A DNA stretch of 63,349 nucleotides, counting the filler, from Asterionella formosa (taxonomy: Eukaryota): NCBI GenBank assembly GCA_002256025.1. It is 7 parts of 7 records of this genome, joined end to end, with 100 filler letters (N's around TTAATTAATTAA, not from the genome) between each part and the next. Parts side by side here need not be neighbours in the genome. Positions count along the whole stretch, not along the records: positions 19,426 to 38,746 come from NKIB01003729.1; positions 38,847 to 58,163 come from NKIB01003737.1; 5 more parts are not named here. The stretch is one strand, 5' to 3'. The notes beneath the pieces were generated by a model. The model saw nothing but the letters and a program-made list of their open reading frames with translations, did not search any database and was not told the origin of the DNA. This document shows positions 32,942-45,593 of this stretch, piece after piece. Position 1 is the first letter of the stretch. Each line of letters starts with the position of its first letter. A program made the translations under genes and the position numbers.

Positions 32942-35900
32942 ATGCCTGTTACATACCTCGAACTTGAAAACTTCAAGTCCTACGCTGGAGTACAGAGGAT
33001 TGGGCCGTTCAAAGACTTCACCAGTGTCATTGGACCAAATGGAGCTGGAAAATCTAACTTGATGGATGCCATTTCCTTTGTCTTTGGGGTGCAATCACGT
33101 GAGCTACGATCCAATCAAATGAAGGACCTTATCTTTAGGGCTCCAGGCACACAACAGCAGAAGCGTCTTCGAGCTTCAGCGACTATCATTTATCAGGATA
33201 CAGTTACGGAGGAAGAGACTCACTATTCAAGGACGATATCGCCTGCTGGAGTCGGTGATTACCGCGTCAACGGTTCCATTGTCACTTTTAAGGAGTATGA
33301 AGCAGCACTTGCGGAGATTGGTGTGCTCCTGAAGGCGCGCAACTTTCTGGTATTTCAAGGGGATGTGGAGAGCATCGCCAGAAAGACGCCAAAGGAATTT
33401 GTGGAGTTGTTGGAGAACATTTCAGGATCCGCCGAACTCAAGGAACCTTACGAAGAAGCCATGAAGGCAAAGGATGAAGCTGAAGCGGGACAGCTTTTTC
33501 TGTACAACAAACAAAAAGGGTTCAAGAACGAACGTCGCATCTTAAAGGAGCAAAAAGAAGAAGCCGAGCGCTTTCATGCCATTCTGGAGGAAAAGTCCAA
33601 ATTGCAGACCGACATGTATCTTTGGTTGCTGCACCATCTCCATCAAGACATGAAGGAACGCGAAGATGCGGTCGAGGAACTTTCGACCGAAATGGGAGAC
33701 CTTGAGAAGCAGGAGCATGTAGCTTCACAACAACTCAAACAGTGCAAGAAGCAAGCAAGTGCTGCACGCCGCGAGACTGCCGTTGCTGACAAGAAGCGGA
33801 TCCAACTGTCGGCCGCTCTCGATAAGCTAGAGCCTGCTGTGATTCAAGCAACGGAAGAAATAAAGGATTTGATCAAAAAGGTTGCAACTGATGAGAAGCA
33901 ATTACAAAAACTGAACAGTGATGCCGAAAAACACTCATCCACTCTTGCCACATTAGACGAAGATATAAATGAATACAAAAAGACTCGCAAGCAATTGGAA
34001 ATAGGCTATGCCAAGATCAAGCGCGGTGCCACTGACGATGTAACTTTGACGGAAGAGCAAGAAGCAGAATACGACCGTGTACGAGAGGCTGCTGCTGCTG
34101 CTTCCGATGAACCACGTCGTGTCTTGACTGCTCTCAACCGCAAATTGGAGGCTGCGCGGGCAAAGGCGGCGACAAAGTTATCGGAATACAATGATGTAAA
34201 AAGTCGCCACGAGGAAGTTGTGGGAGATGTCAAAGATTTTACCGATCGTAAGGAAAAACTGACCAAGGTAGGATATGACACTTCTCTGTCAATGAGAAAT
34301 TTTATTTTAGGCTCACTCATACAACTTGTCTCCCACTCTAGAGTCTCCATACAACTAAGGCTGACCTTACCTCTACCGAGAAAGAGCTTCAATCTGCACA
34401 AAAATCAGCACAAGAAGCTGAAGCTCGCCGCGAGGAACTTGACAAGGAGATCGAAAAGGTTAGTATTGCTCTTCGCGATGTTCGTGACGACCACCGCAAG
34501 GGAAAGGACGAAGACCGCCTCCTTCAGGCGATTGCTTCCCTTAAACGTCATTTCCCTGGTGTCCAAGGTCGCCTTGTTGACCTTTGCCGTCCCACCCAGC
34601 GACGTTTCAATCTTGCCGTCACAGTCGCCGGTGGTAAAGATATGGACGCGATTGTTGTTGATACCAAGCAAACTGGTTTTGATTGCTTGAAATATCTTCG
34701 TGACAACCGCATTGGAGTAGCCACATTCCTTCCCTTGGACACCTTGCAAGTTCCTTCACCAGAAAACGCCGAGCGTGTGCGAGCCATGACCCATCAAGAT
34801 GGCCGTTACCGCTTGGCAGCTGATGTTATCGCATGCGATGAATCCGTGAAACGTGCTGTACTCTATGCAGTTGGCACCACAGTTATCTGCGATGACCTTG
34901 ACGCGGCTCGTGAAATCTGCTTTGGTGGCAGAGGCTCTCGGCGCAATGAGCAGTCTGAAAATGCCAGCGTCAAGGCTGTTACTATTGGAGGTGCTGTCAT
35001 CAGCAAGGCTGGCACCATGACTGGTGGCGTCACGACCGACGACGCTAATCGTGCTGGACGATTCGAAGACGACGAAGTTGAAAAGCTTCGCGAAAAGAAG
35101 GACTCTCTTGAAAGGGAGCGAGCTGATCTTGACAGTGTTGGGGCTCGTGGTGGTGTTCGCGAGTCCTTTGGACAAGCTTCAAAAATTGAAGAACTCCGTA
35201 GCACTCTAGGCAACCTCCGCAATAGGAACCAGTATTCTCGTAGTGATTTGGAGTACACCACGAAACAACTTGGAGAAAAGCAATCTCTTTTAGAATCGAC
35301 GAAGAAACAAATGGCAGAATTGCAAAAGCAAGTCGACAAGGCGGAGAAAGACGTTTCAACATTTTTAAAATCGGTGAACAATGCTATTCAAGCTGTCAAG
35401 GAAGCTGAGGACGAGCATCTTGGTCCTTTTCGCGAGCTGACTGGATTACGTGACTTGAAAGCATACGAGGAAGCTGTGGGAAAATCTCGTGAGGAGTACA
35501 ACCAGAAGAAACGTTCAATTATGGAGCATATAACGAAGCTTGAACAGCAAAAAGACTACGAAACCGGCCGTGATTTTATGACACCTATTGCTCGATGCGA
35601 AAAACGCTTGCATGAGCGAAAAGCGAAGCTGGAATCAGCAATGGAACGTGCTTCTGATCTTGAAGTAAAGGTAACTGACGCCAAGGCAGCTCTTACACAT
35701 GCAGAATCAATAGTAAAAGAAGCTGTAGAAAAAGAGAAGTCATGTGACGATATGATCCAGACAGCCCAGATTGCTTTCAACGACGCGCAGACTGAACGAA
35801 ACAAATTGAGCAAGGCAATGACAAGCGAAGAGAGTGCTCTTGAGCGACTTCGTGGAAAGCTTCATGAGACTCTTCAGAAGGCAAGGGTTGAGGAGGTTTA

Positions 35901-37028
35901 TCTTCCTGTTGTCGGTATTTCAAGCACTCAGACTGGTAAAACACGAGCAAGTCAGCGATTGCAGCTAGAAGATGAAGAGATGACTGAAAATACTTCCGAC
36001 AGGACAATTGATCGCGCGTTGACCCAAGAAACTGCTGCGACGACTCATTTCTCCCAAGCTGACGATTCTCGTGTGGTAAAGGATCGGAAGGATACTTCCA
36101 AGATTGACTTTAGTCAGTTGAACTCAAAATTGAAGCAGAGGTTGAGTGATCGCGATGAAAAGAAGGTTAGGAAGGACTTTGAGGACCGATTGTCAAAGTT
36201 CACCGCTGACATCGAAGGGATGACTCCAAACATGAAGGCAGGGGAAGCATTTGAAGCTGCAACGGAGCGCATGAAGGACAGTACAACCGAATGGGACCAA
36301 GCCAAGTGTGATTCTAGAAAAGCAACACTTACCTTTCAAAAGATCAAGAGCCAGCGAGCTAAATTGTTCAACAATGCATTCGAACACATCGACGAAGCCT
36401 TGAAAACAATCTACACCGATATGACGAAGAGCAGCAAACATCCCCTTGGTGGAAGTGCATATCTCAGTCTAGACGATACGGAAGAGCCCTACAAGGGTGG
36501 CATGAAGTTCAATGCCATGCCGCCGTTGGTACGTCTGCCTTGTTGGCTTGCATCGTCTCCTCTAATATTTTTGTTCTCACTTTAAAACTTGGTGCTATTG
36601 TCCTACAGAAACGTTTTCGGGATATGGAACAGTTATCTGGAGGTGAAAAGACTGTGGCTGCTCTCAGTTTGATTTTTGCCATTCACTCGTTCCGACCCGC
36701 ACCTGTGCTGGTCATGGACGAAGTTGACGCTGCGTTGGACAATGTCAACATTAGAAAAGTTTGCAATTACGTCAGCCAGCGTGCACAGACAGACTTCCAA
36801 TGCATTGTGATCAGCCTAAAGGACATGTTCTATGAGCGTAGTCAAAGTCTCGTTGGGATTTGTAGAGACGTTGGTACGAACTCTTCGAAGACTTTGACCC
36901 TGGACCTGACTAAGTTTGCGGACGACGACGACCATTCAAGCAAGGGGCAAAAGCGTTCTCGCGCATCCAGCATCAGTAGCTCGAGAAAACGCAGCTCAAC
37001 TGAAAGTGTTGACGCTCCTGCACAGTGA
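32942..37028 (+). CDS. SMC1: Cohesin subunit SMC1; exons 32942-34267, 34342-36528, 36609-37028
   Basis: LENFKSY, Walker [22 protein letters not shown], hinge (ATFLPLD, GTMTGG), [32 protein letters not shown]. Introns 34268-34341 and 36529-36608 restore the frame. Confidence 0.96.
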
Positions 37029-37185
37029 GCACTGTACCTAGATTTTCAAATGTGTGTTGTGGACTTGAACAGGTTGGTTGGTATTCACATATTTTATAAT
37101 TTCTAGAAGACAAAGTTGATGCCAAATAGCATACTGTCCTAGAAGGCAATGACATGACTGTAACGTTACTCTAGTTTTGCCATGC

Positions 37186-38088
37186 CTATCTCCAGGATCT
37201 CTCCGTTCTGTCCTTAGTCGACTTTTGACCACCGCTAGGGCGTTCATCCCGTTCACTCCAAGATCCAGACCGACGAGTCGAGGGTGGTCTATCTTCGCTG
37301 CCCCCATGAGACTGCGTTCTATCGAGATTTTTTGGTTTCCAAACTTGAGTGTTACGAAAGGACGACTTATCCAGCAATGACGTTTGGTGGGGTTTGTACT
37401 CGATGTGAGCATGGGGAGGTAGCTGAAGAATTTTCTTGATGGCATCGCGGAGACGCTCAGTCACTTCTCTATCGTTAGCAGTTCGATTCCAGATACCCAA
37501 GATATCCTCACTGTATCTCACACTCAAGACAACTCCACAGATCTCGCCATCCTGGACACCAGGATACTGTCCTCCGATCAGTGCCAAGATGGACTCTTCC
37601 CAATATCTTGACGCCAGACCCTTCCGAAGTCTTACAATCCACTTGCCACCCTTGGCGTTGTTCGAATCCTCCCAAGTAGGCTTGATACCCTCGCGAAAAA
37701 AGTGGTAGTCAGTGGTAGTTGGCAACTCGTTTGGCCTGACAAGAAAGTTGTACGTTCCCCAAAACTCCTCCACAGTTTTTATGGTGGAAATAATTTTGAT
37801 CGAGTTTTCGTAAGGATTTGCGGCAGTCTCTTCCTCAGCGGCAGGAGCACCAGCGACCTTGACGCTTGCTCCTCCCTTGCCTCGACGCATATACCAAAAC
37901 GCATATCCAGAATGGAGGGGAGTTCCAGTGGTTGCCTAAAAGGTAAGCAAGGGACAATCGATGAGAACAATGGACTGTAGCTGCGGTATATTTTCTACAG
38001 GAAATCATGCCATCTGTATAAAGGCGACCGTTTACGCTAGATGCTTTTGTATCTGACAAGGCTCCGAACTTACAACAGCAGCAGTCAT
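37186..38088 (-). CDS. eIF4E family member, class II (4EHP/nCBP-like); exons 38088-38074 and 37935-37186
   Basis: TPLHSGYAFWY, NPYENSI, TVEEFW, DYHFFREGIKPTWED, GGKWIVRLRKGLASRYWE, EICGVVLSVR. GTAAGT...TTTTAG intron 38073-37936. Confidence 0.92.
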
Positions 38089-38667
38089 CGTTTGTGAGAG
38101 AATTTTCTTGGGGGCAGAGGGAAGTAGAATGGTGTGAATATGATTTGCAGACCTAATATATTGGTTGCAATAGACAGTGTTGGTGTGAAGTAATGTATAG
38201 AGTCAAGGGCAATCCATGTTAAAGTGAGCTCATCTACGTAGTTAGGACTCGGAGTCAAACGAGTCAAACGATTCGAATGAGTCCACTTTGATGTACCAAG
38301 CTCTCATCAACCACACATTATACTTTGCTACTCCGACTATAATGAGCCGGACAACATAAGCTATTTCGGAAGACCGATAGTTTGAAATGAATGATCATGG
38401 TTAAATACCTATGATCAGTAAGTGTGAGATAGACATGGGTCTATCTATGATTGTATGTTCCTAGAAATGCAAACAGCATTTGGAGAATAGTTCGTTTGTT
38501 TTGTTCAAACAGAACAACCTAAACTAGATTAGTAAACTCACAATAAGAATATAGAAACGGAAAGAGAAACGAACGTCTCTATCTATAGTCTTCTTTGTCT
38601 AACGATATAGATCTATACAAAAAGGTAATACTTTAACACGTTTATAAACGGACTTAAGTGTTTTAAC

Positions 38668-38746
38668 ATGTCTACAGAAATGTCTGAAGAGAGCATGAGG
38701 CTCATCAAGTTTGATGGCAACGAAACGAACTGGTACCAGTGGAGCG
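38668..38746 (+). mobile_element. Start of a Ty1/Copia Gag-like ORF, cut by the contig end
   Basis: Translates MSTEMSEESMRLIKFDGNETNWYQWS, matching the Copia Gag N-terminal I.KF.G...(N/D)W..W pattern. Upstream LTR boundaries not resolved. Confidence 0.6.
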
Positions 38747-39565
38747 NNNNNNNNNNNNNNNNNNNNNNNNNNNNNNNNNNNNNNNNNNNNTTAATTAATT
38801 AANNNNNNNNNNNNNNNNNNNNNNNNNNNNNNNNNNNNNNNNNNNNAGTACAAAATGAATGTTGGCGAGGAGGACCGTCCGCGCCAGTTTTCTTAACGAA
38901 AAGCAGCTGCTGGAATGAAAGGAACAAAATATCACATTCATGGTAAAATGAAATTATTGTTATTGTTATTGTTATTGTTGTCGTTTTTGTCGTCTTTTCT
39001 GCTATCATGGTTGTGTTCTCGTTGTCGTTATCGCTGTCCCTGCTGTTTCTGCTGTCATTTTTCTTGTTCTTATTCTATTGTTCTTTCGTTGTGGTTACTG
39101 TGGCTGTATACCCTTCTCTTCCTTGGTGTTCCTCGCCCTGCGTTTGAACTTGAACATGCATTGTTTGATATGGAATGTAAAAAGGTCTTGTTTGTTAAAA
39201 ACCAGCCATCATCTGACTCTGTGAATCTTGTTCTTCACTTCCAGATAACAAGAAGGACTCTGTTGTGTGCCGGTTCCTCTGGAAGAAACAGGCAAGCATT
39301 TTTTGTTTCTCCTTGCTTGTCATCACAGAAAGGATGCATCTGAAAGTTCGAGAAATTATGGTAAGCAGTTAAAATTTTGGGAAATGGAAACAGGTCCTTT
39401 GTCACATTGCTGTTGTTCTTTTTGTTCTTGCTCTGCACCGTCGCTCGTTTTCTTCGTCTTGTGTTCGGAACTATGTTTGATTGCTGTTGTAGTTACTTTA
39501 CCTCCATTTCGTTAATCCTCTTACTTGTGCCCTTTGGAATTGGAAAAGTGGTCAGTCATGAACAT

Positions 39566-40251
39566 ACTCTGCGAAACTTGTTCTTTTTCTACAGACAATC
39601 AATCTGTTCTTGGCAGGGCAGGGTTGAACCTTGGGAATAATGAAATGCATCGTGCTCTGCCTGTGTCAGGAAGGCTATCTTGTGTCAGGCAGGCTATCAA
39701 TCATTTTTTATTCGCATTGTTGAAAGGATTCCTCTGGTGCATAGGGGACAAATGTATACATGGTAAGCAAGTGCAATGTTTTCTTGGCTTCTGCTGATAT
39801 TGTTTGCTGTTGCTTGTTGTGGGCGGATCTCCTCTCCTATTCTCCTTCGTCTTTGTTCGGAATTGTTAGCGCAGGCATTGCCTATTTGTAATGAATTAGA
39901 AGAAGGGCTTGATTTTGTGCTTGTTAATTGTTGATCACGAACTTACTCTGCAAACGCTGTTCTTTGTCTACATACAATCAATCTGTTGAGCTAGGGATTT
40001 GTTGGGAATCAGGCGGCATGGTAAGCACAACAAGAACGATGCCTTTGTAACAATTGTTTGTCCATGAACTCACTCTGCGACCGTTGTTTACTGATTGCAG
40101 ACAATCAATTTGATGAGGGCTGGGTTGGACATTGGGGAACATGGTAAGGAGCACACAGAACCGAAATCATGGCTTCGCAACTTTTGCTATCTCATCAACT
40201 CACTCTGCAAATGCTGTTGCCCTCTTGTTTCTACAGCAGACAATCAATCTG
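39566..40251 (+). repeat. Four diverged copies of a branch-point/acceptor/exon/donor unit
   Basis: ACTCTGC...CTACAG|ACAATCAATCTG...CATG|GTAAG, with exon starts at 39595, 39974, 40101, 40240 and donors at 39763, 40021, 40144. Confidence 0.7.
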
Positions 40252-41118
40252 AGCAATTAGAATGAGCAGCCGGCTCATTTGCTATGAATTGATCTACCGA
40301 TAGTAGCAACAGGGACTCCTGCAAGTATGCATGAGTAGTACTAGCCAGGCAATCTTGTGAGTCGTTACAGCATCCATCTGCAAGAATGAACATCCATTGC
40401 TTGTCGTATTGGTTTGAGAATCACATTCTATAGAAAGTATCAATATAGACTATATAGCGAAGTGATTAATTTGATTGATTTTGCGATTGTAGCTAGAGTT
40501 CAATTTAAACGTTGATTGCTTAAACATAATTATTTGTTTGACTAGCATTTATATTTGTTTAACCTTGAGGTATTAATGTGATCAAAGTAAAGATAAAATG
40601 GGAGCAAACAAACAGAATTAACGATAGTCAGAGTGAAGAATATTTGTGAACGGAAATGTTGCGAATTGTAGAGAAAAGTACCGTATTATAGAGATTATTA
40701 CTGAACCAATTTTTCTTCGTGTCGCCAGAAAATATTGTCAGGTGGCCCCAAAAATTATGTGGGTTTTAAAATAATTATGGAAGTTGTCGAAACTATTTTA
40801 GTTCACTCCGTTCATATATATTGTATGATGCATCATATTTTTTATGTGATGTCATACCCTTAAATTATGTACGTAGCTAAATTCGTCATATTGGGCCACC
40901 CAAATAATTAAGTTGGGTGATCATATTTGACTATCTTTTTTTTTGTGGCGGCTGTACCAGTAATCGGCATTTTAGATGTAGTGTAGGTGGTAACGCTGTT
41001 TGATGGTGGTATTGGCGGGTTTACTAGGATTTCCGACACCTTTATACCACTGTACACAGAGTCCGTGGACTAGGTTTCCGCCCTATAGGCCCTAGGCTAA
41101 ACCGGGGTGGGGCCGCCG

Positions 41119-42305
41119 TTAGGGGGTGATTGGGTTGGGTAGGTCGACCAGGGCATTGGGAACGTCCTGGCCGGGAATGAGAGTGTAGGTGCCCCCCACA
41201 AGCATGTGGCGGGCAAGGTCTTGCATAACTGGCTGGGCCTGTAGGTGTAAGTACTGCAGCATTTCGTTGGATCGCCAGCGGCCAATTGAGCAAATGCGGT
41301 TGGTATCAACATGCGTGCACAGTAGAGCCATAGCGCCGCCCACCCGGAGGGAGTGGGCACTCACATCAGAGGGAAGAAAACCTAAGGATAATCCAATGAG
41401 GGCTGCAGAGGCACGGAGTGCGACGGTGACATTGTTGGCGGTGACGTATGTCCAGCGGTGGTTGTGGTGGAGGCCATTGAGGGGGGTGGTGGAATGGGCA
41501 TTGTGTTCGCGCAAATAAAGGATTCGCCGTGCAATAGCCCGGATAGGGCAGGAGGCATGCTGGTGTCCGCTGCACTGGTGGCCTATAACTTCGCCACCAA
41601 TGCCACTTTTTTGGTTAGTAAAAGTGAGAGAGGCGAAAGTGGCAAGGGCAAGTTCAGCCAGGGGAAATTGCAGATGTAGAAGGCGCTGGGTACCACTCCA
41701 GAGTTGAACGTCTTGGAGGCGAAAAAGGGGGCATTGGTGAATATTGGCATGGGGGAGACCTGCATATTCACCAGGCCGCATGAGAAAAGAATATACTATA
41801 AATGCCATATCCGTAGTGGCCTGACCGGTGGGGTTGGGAGTGGTCATGGCCTGTGTGTGGGCATGGAGGAGGAGCGGGCGGAGTGGGATGGGTTTGACAC
41901 GTGAGTGTGGCAAGTCGAGTTTTCCGTAGAATTTTTGTTGGCGAAGCAGACAAAAGTCTAGGTCCCCAAGGGGGTTTAGACGAGGGTCTGGGGACCCCAA
42001 GCTGGCGTACGTCTGCACAATCTGACGCACGGCATCTTCCACTGTGCAAGCCGGACCTGTTGTTTGGAGGGGGAGATGGTGCCGTGTCGGTAACGGTGGG
42101 CTAAAATTTTTAGGACGGGAATTTTATCTTGGAAGGATGGAAGGAGAGGGTTGAGGTGGAGGGATGTGCAAAAAGAGACCCAGAGTTTCCAAGCCAAGGA
42201 GGCAGCACGGGCGCGGAAGGCTGTGTCGCCAGAGGCGATGGCCTCTTGCACAGCGCAGAGATCAGTGAGGAGAGCGTCTTGGGTCGCAAGTGGTGTAGTG
42301 TCCAA
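41119..42305 (-). pseudogene. DIRS-type tyrosine recombinase, frameshifted near 42045
   Basis: FLMRPGEY, TNQKSG, CPIRA, HSLRVGGAMAL, IGRWRS, LQYLH: catalytic R, K, HxxR, W and Y all present. Confidence 0.88.
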
Positions 42306-43028
42306 GAGGTGGGCTGAGGGAAGTGGGAATTGAAATGGGTGAGAAAGTCGGAGTCGGACAAGTGAAAAGAGCGGCTAGTGGTGTCCGCCATGGTGTTATG
42401 AATCCAAGGAATAAAGTGAATTTGTTGGTGGTACCGATGTTGCCGTTGGTGAAAGGAGGCTAGGCGTAACAAGTAGGCATGGGCTGACGTGGTGGTGGAA
42501 GACCCCTTGTGTTGCCAAGCAACAGTGGCGAGATTGTCGCAGCCACTACTTGTGGTGAGTTCAGCGGTGTGATGGGCGGAGGTTAGGATGTCTTGGTGTG
42601 CGATAGTTGCTGCCAGTTAAAAATCCGAGTTTGTCACCCGCCAGAGCGATGATGGGCGGGAGAGGGGAAGGAGGGAACCAGACTCCTCCCATACCGTGTC
42701 CAGAAGCGTCACACGCGCCAATGAAAGTAGGTGGAGTGGGGACAAGTTCGCAGAAACAGGCGGGGCGTGTGTGCAACTGGTTAACTATATGTTTAAATCT
42801 GTCAAGAACAGGTGCACCGCGGCCGTAAGTTTCACGCAATTTGAGGTAGCTGACGTTAGCGCATGTTGGAAGAGACTAAATAAACCGCGGCTGCCGGGAA
42901 CCCGGTAAAGGAGGCGGGGTGAAGGTCTTGAGGAGGATTGAGGTGATGAGTTCGTCAAATTTTGGTACGGGGACCGTCATGGGCAGGGAAGAGATGTGCA
43001 CATTACTGAAATAAAGATGGAGCCATAG

Positions 43029-44569
43029 TTAGACCCAACGCAGTATTTGTGCGGGGAGTGACGGTGTTCGGTCCATTTCGGTCCAGTATTCCATGATGAG
43101 CATTTCTTGGGCCTTGAGAAAAGTGATGAAGGATCGGTAGGCAGTGGTGAGTCGATGATAGGGACCGAGTACTTCGCCAAGGATCACTGTGAAGGATCTC
43201 AGCGTGATTAGTGCGTGCCACATCGAGGTTGGCAACGGAATTTTGGATGCAGCTTGCTGTGCTTGAGTGTCGTGGAGCGTGGTGCCCATGCCTTGATGGA
43301 GATCAGCGGCCATGGATGTCACTTCACGCAACAGGGCGTTGGCATCCTGCGATGTGTAAGTGAATAGAAAAGGTTGGAGGCCCGTGTTGAGGTCCGTAAC
43401 GTTTCCAACAAAGTCACATCGTGTGATGAGAGCGACAATCTGTGTAGTGGCCACCGGTATTTGTGAATGCTCAATGGATTCCTGTGCTGCTCCAATGGTG
43501 AAGCGGTGTTGTACCACTTGTGCCTGTTCGTGTTTGAAACAATTTGCTAGCTCATGGTATAACAGGGGAAGGTGTATTTCATTTTCGACTTCGCATATCT
43601 TTAACAAGAGGGGTAAAAGGCCTCGGAATTTAGCGGAAGGTAGCTGTGGTGTAATGACATCGGACTTTTCGCTGTTGCGCCCAAGCCTATTTGCCAAAGC
43701 GGCTGCCATTGCTGCAGCAAAATGCTCCGGGGTCATGTTGTTTGTTGAGACGTCAGGCAATTTTTGTTGGACTTGTGGAAAATCCAGCGCTATTTTATGG
43801 GCGGCATACGTGGCTAGATGACCAGCTAGGGGTACGACATATTTGAGAGCTGTTGTCGCCACAATATGGATGCGACTTTCAGGGCCACCATCATCAGGTC
43901 TGCCCCAGCAGTTGGCAGCCCGCAACCAAGTGAGTAGGTCGGCGCACTCCCTGGTGAGTCCATCCTTTTTTATAGCGCCACCTATCTCTAGCCAGGCTTG
44001 TGCAGCCGGGATTTGCCGGCTTACTAGCATGGCGGCATAACGGGGTGGTAGATATACAGTGTTTCGCACTGTAATGTAGTCAGTATATTGACCATAAAGG
44101 GAGTTTCCAGCCGCATCAGACATGGGGCCCATGAACTCTCCCTTTTCATCAGAGTGTGGCTCCCAATTGGCTAATGCTTCATCCATAGTTGGGAGGGTGG
44201 GAGCATACACCGAACCTGCAACCGTAAATGCCTCAGGAGCGATGTGTACCAAGGGTATCTGGTTTGCGGTGATGTCTCCAAGAATTCCGAATAGTTTGTT
44301 ATCCCAAGGGGAGGATTCGGTGAAAGATCCTGGGTAGCGGAAGATACGATGCACACAGGCGATGTTTACTGTGTCATTCACGCGAAGGGCGACAGCGAAA
44401 GCTTGATGCGTGGACTCACCGCACTAACTATTCTGTTTGCCAATTTTGTGGCATTGAGCCCCTCCGGACCCAAAGCGGATGTGACCTCATAGATGCGGCG
44501 ATAATCACCATCAAAGCAGTCGAAGTCCGGGTCTCGGAAGCGCAAGGCGTAATCGCCCACAGACGTCAT
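43029..44569 (-). pseudogene. Gag-like ORF1 of the YR retroelement
   Basis: 450-aa ORF plus a 63-aa upstream piece in another frame. Assigned by position upstream of RNase H/YR, not by motif. Confidence 0.6.
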
Positions 44570-45009
44570 TTCACAAAGGATGTGACACTCCAGTTCGATG
44601 TGTGTAGGTGTCGACTGTGAAGGAGGAATGCAGCTGCCCAGTGGCGAAGCAAATGGATGACAGTGTTTATGCTTTTTTCGGACGACTGTCTTGGTGTATT
44701 AACGCAATGTTATCCTTCCGTTGGCTCCTGAGCTTGCTTTCGTAGTCAGCACTGCTCGAGCCAGTCTTCCGTTTCAACAAGGTTGCTTTCGAAGTCAGCG
44801 GTTTTGATGAAATAATGGTTCTTTTTTCTTTTCAACTGCCGGAGGTTGAGGGGTGTGGTGCTGGGGTATGCTGACGTGTTTTGCTACGTCACTCACATCC
44901 CAGGCTACAGTAACATCGATCTGTTGTCGTCGTTCATGAAGTTGATTTTGCTGCTCGTTTCTTGTTTGCTTTGTTGCTCTGTCGTTCGCTATGTTGAGTC
45001 TATCTCGAG

Positions 45010-45593
45010 ATGAGTGACGATGAAATGGTGAAAGAGAGCAATGTAAATATCACCCTTCTCAGCAGCAGTCATGAAGCTAGGGAGTCTGTAGAGTGGAGGG
45101 GAAAGATTGTTCCAGCTTTGAACCGCGCTATCTATAAATTGACTGATGAAGATAGCATTGATTCCCCAGATCCAATGACTGGTAAACTTTCCTATCACCC
45201 TCGTCATACATCTGACCCTGACCTTCAATTGTGCATTGCCTTGATTACATTCTACTACCATGCTCTTGAATGTACAATCTTCCAAGAGGCGGCAAGAAAA
45301 AGACTGCCTAGCCATCCAAAAATTGTGCAAAATGATTCATTTCACCGAGCATTGCTTGCATTTTGTTATGTGTGCGTGCGCAAGGGATTTTCTGCTTGTG
45401 CAAAGCTGCGACTTTCAGAGAGGCACCAAGGCATGGAACTCTGCCATATCCTTCAACTTCTTGACCTACACCTTATTCCTATCTGAAGGTGAGTGAGTCC
45501 GTTATGTTGGCATTGACGTTTGACAGATTCAAACCAAAGATCGCACTTCCTTCAGAGCAAATCATTGAAGAAAGCATCATTGAAATTGCGTAG
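45010..45593 (+). pseudogene. Retinoblastoma-related (RB pocket A) gene fragment inside the TIR element
   Basis: FYYHALECTIFQEAARKRLPSHPKIVQNDSFHRALLAFCYVCV follows RB_A LYY..LE.....E.......L....FHR.LLAC. After a frameshift near 45468 it continues PYSYLKVSESVM...LP...IEESIIEIA*, like RB F...KVIE.F...LP....IEE.ILESLAW. Confidence 0.75.

Larger units (their letters stand above)
40937..44900 (-). mobile_element. DIRS/Ngaro-like tyrosine-recombinase retrotransposon, decayed, RT core missing
   Basis: Order on the minus strand: Gag-like ORF (44569-43029, one frameshift), RNase H remnants (FIGACDASGHGMGGVW; HFIPWIHNTMADTTSR), overlapping YR ORF (42305-41119). Ends are approximate. Confidence 0.85.

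Noticed and set aside
40741..40900. MITE bounded by GGTGGCCC / GGGCCACC
   Set aside because: Only 8 bp of inverted match and no TSD.
44715..44800. Hammerhead ribozyme in the retroelement leader (CTGA...CGAAA)
   Set aside because: Lacks the CUGANGA core and stem II between CUGA and GAAA.
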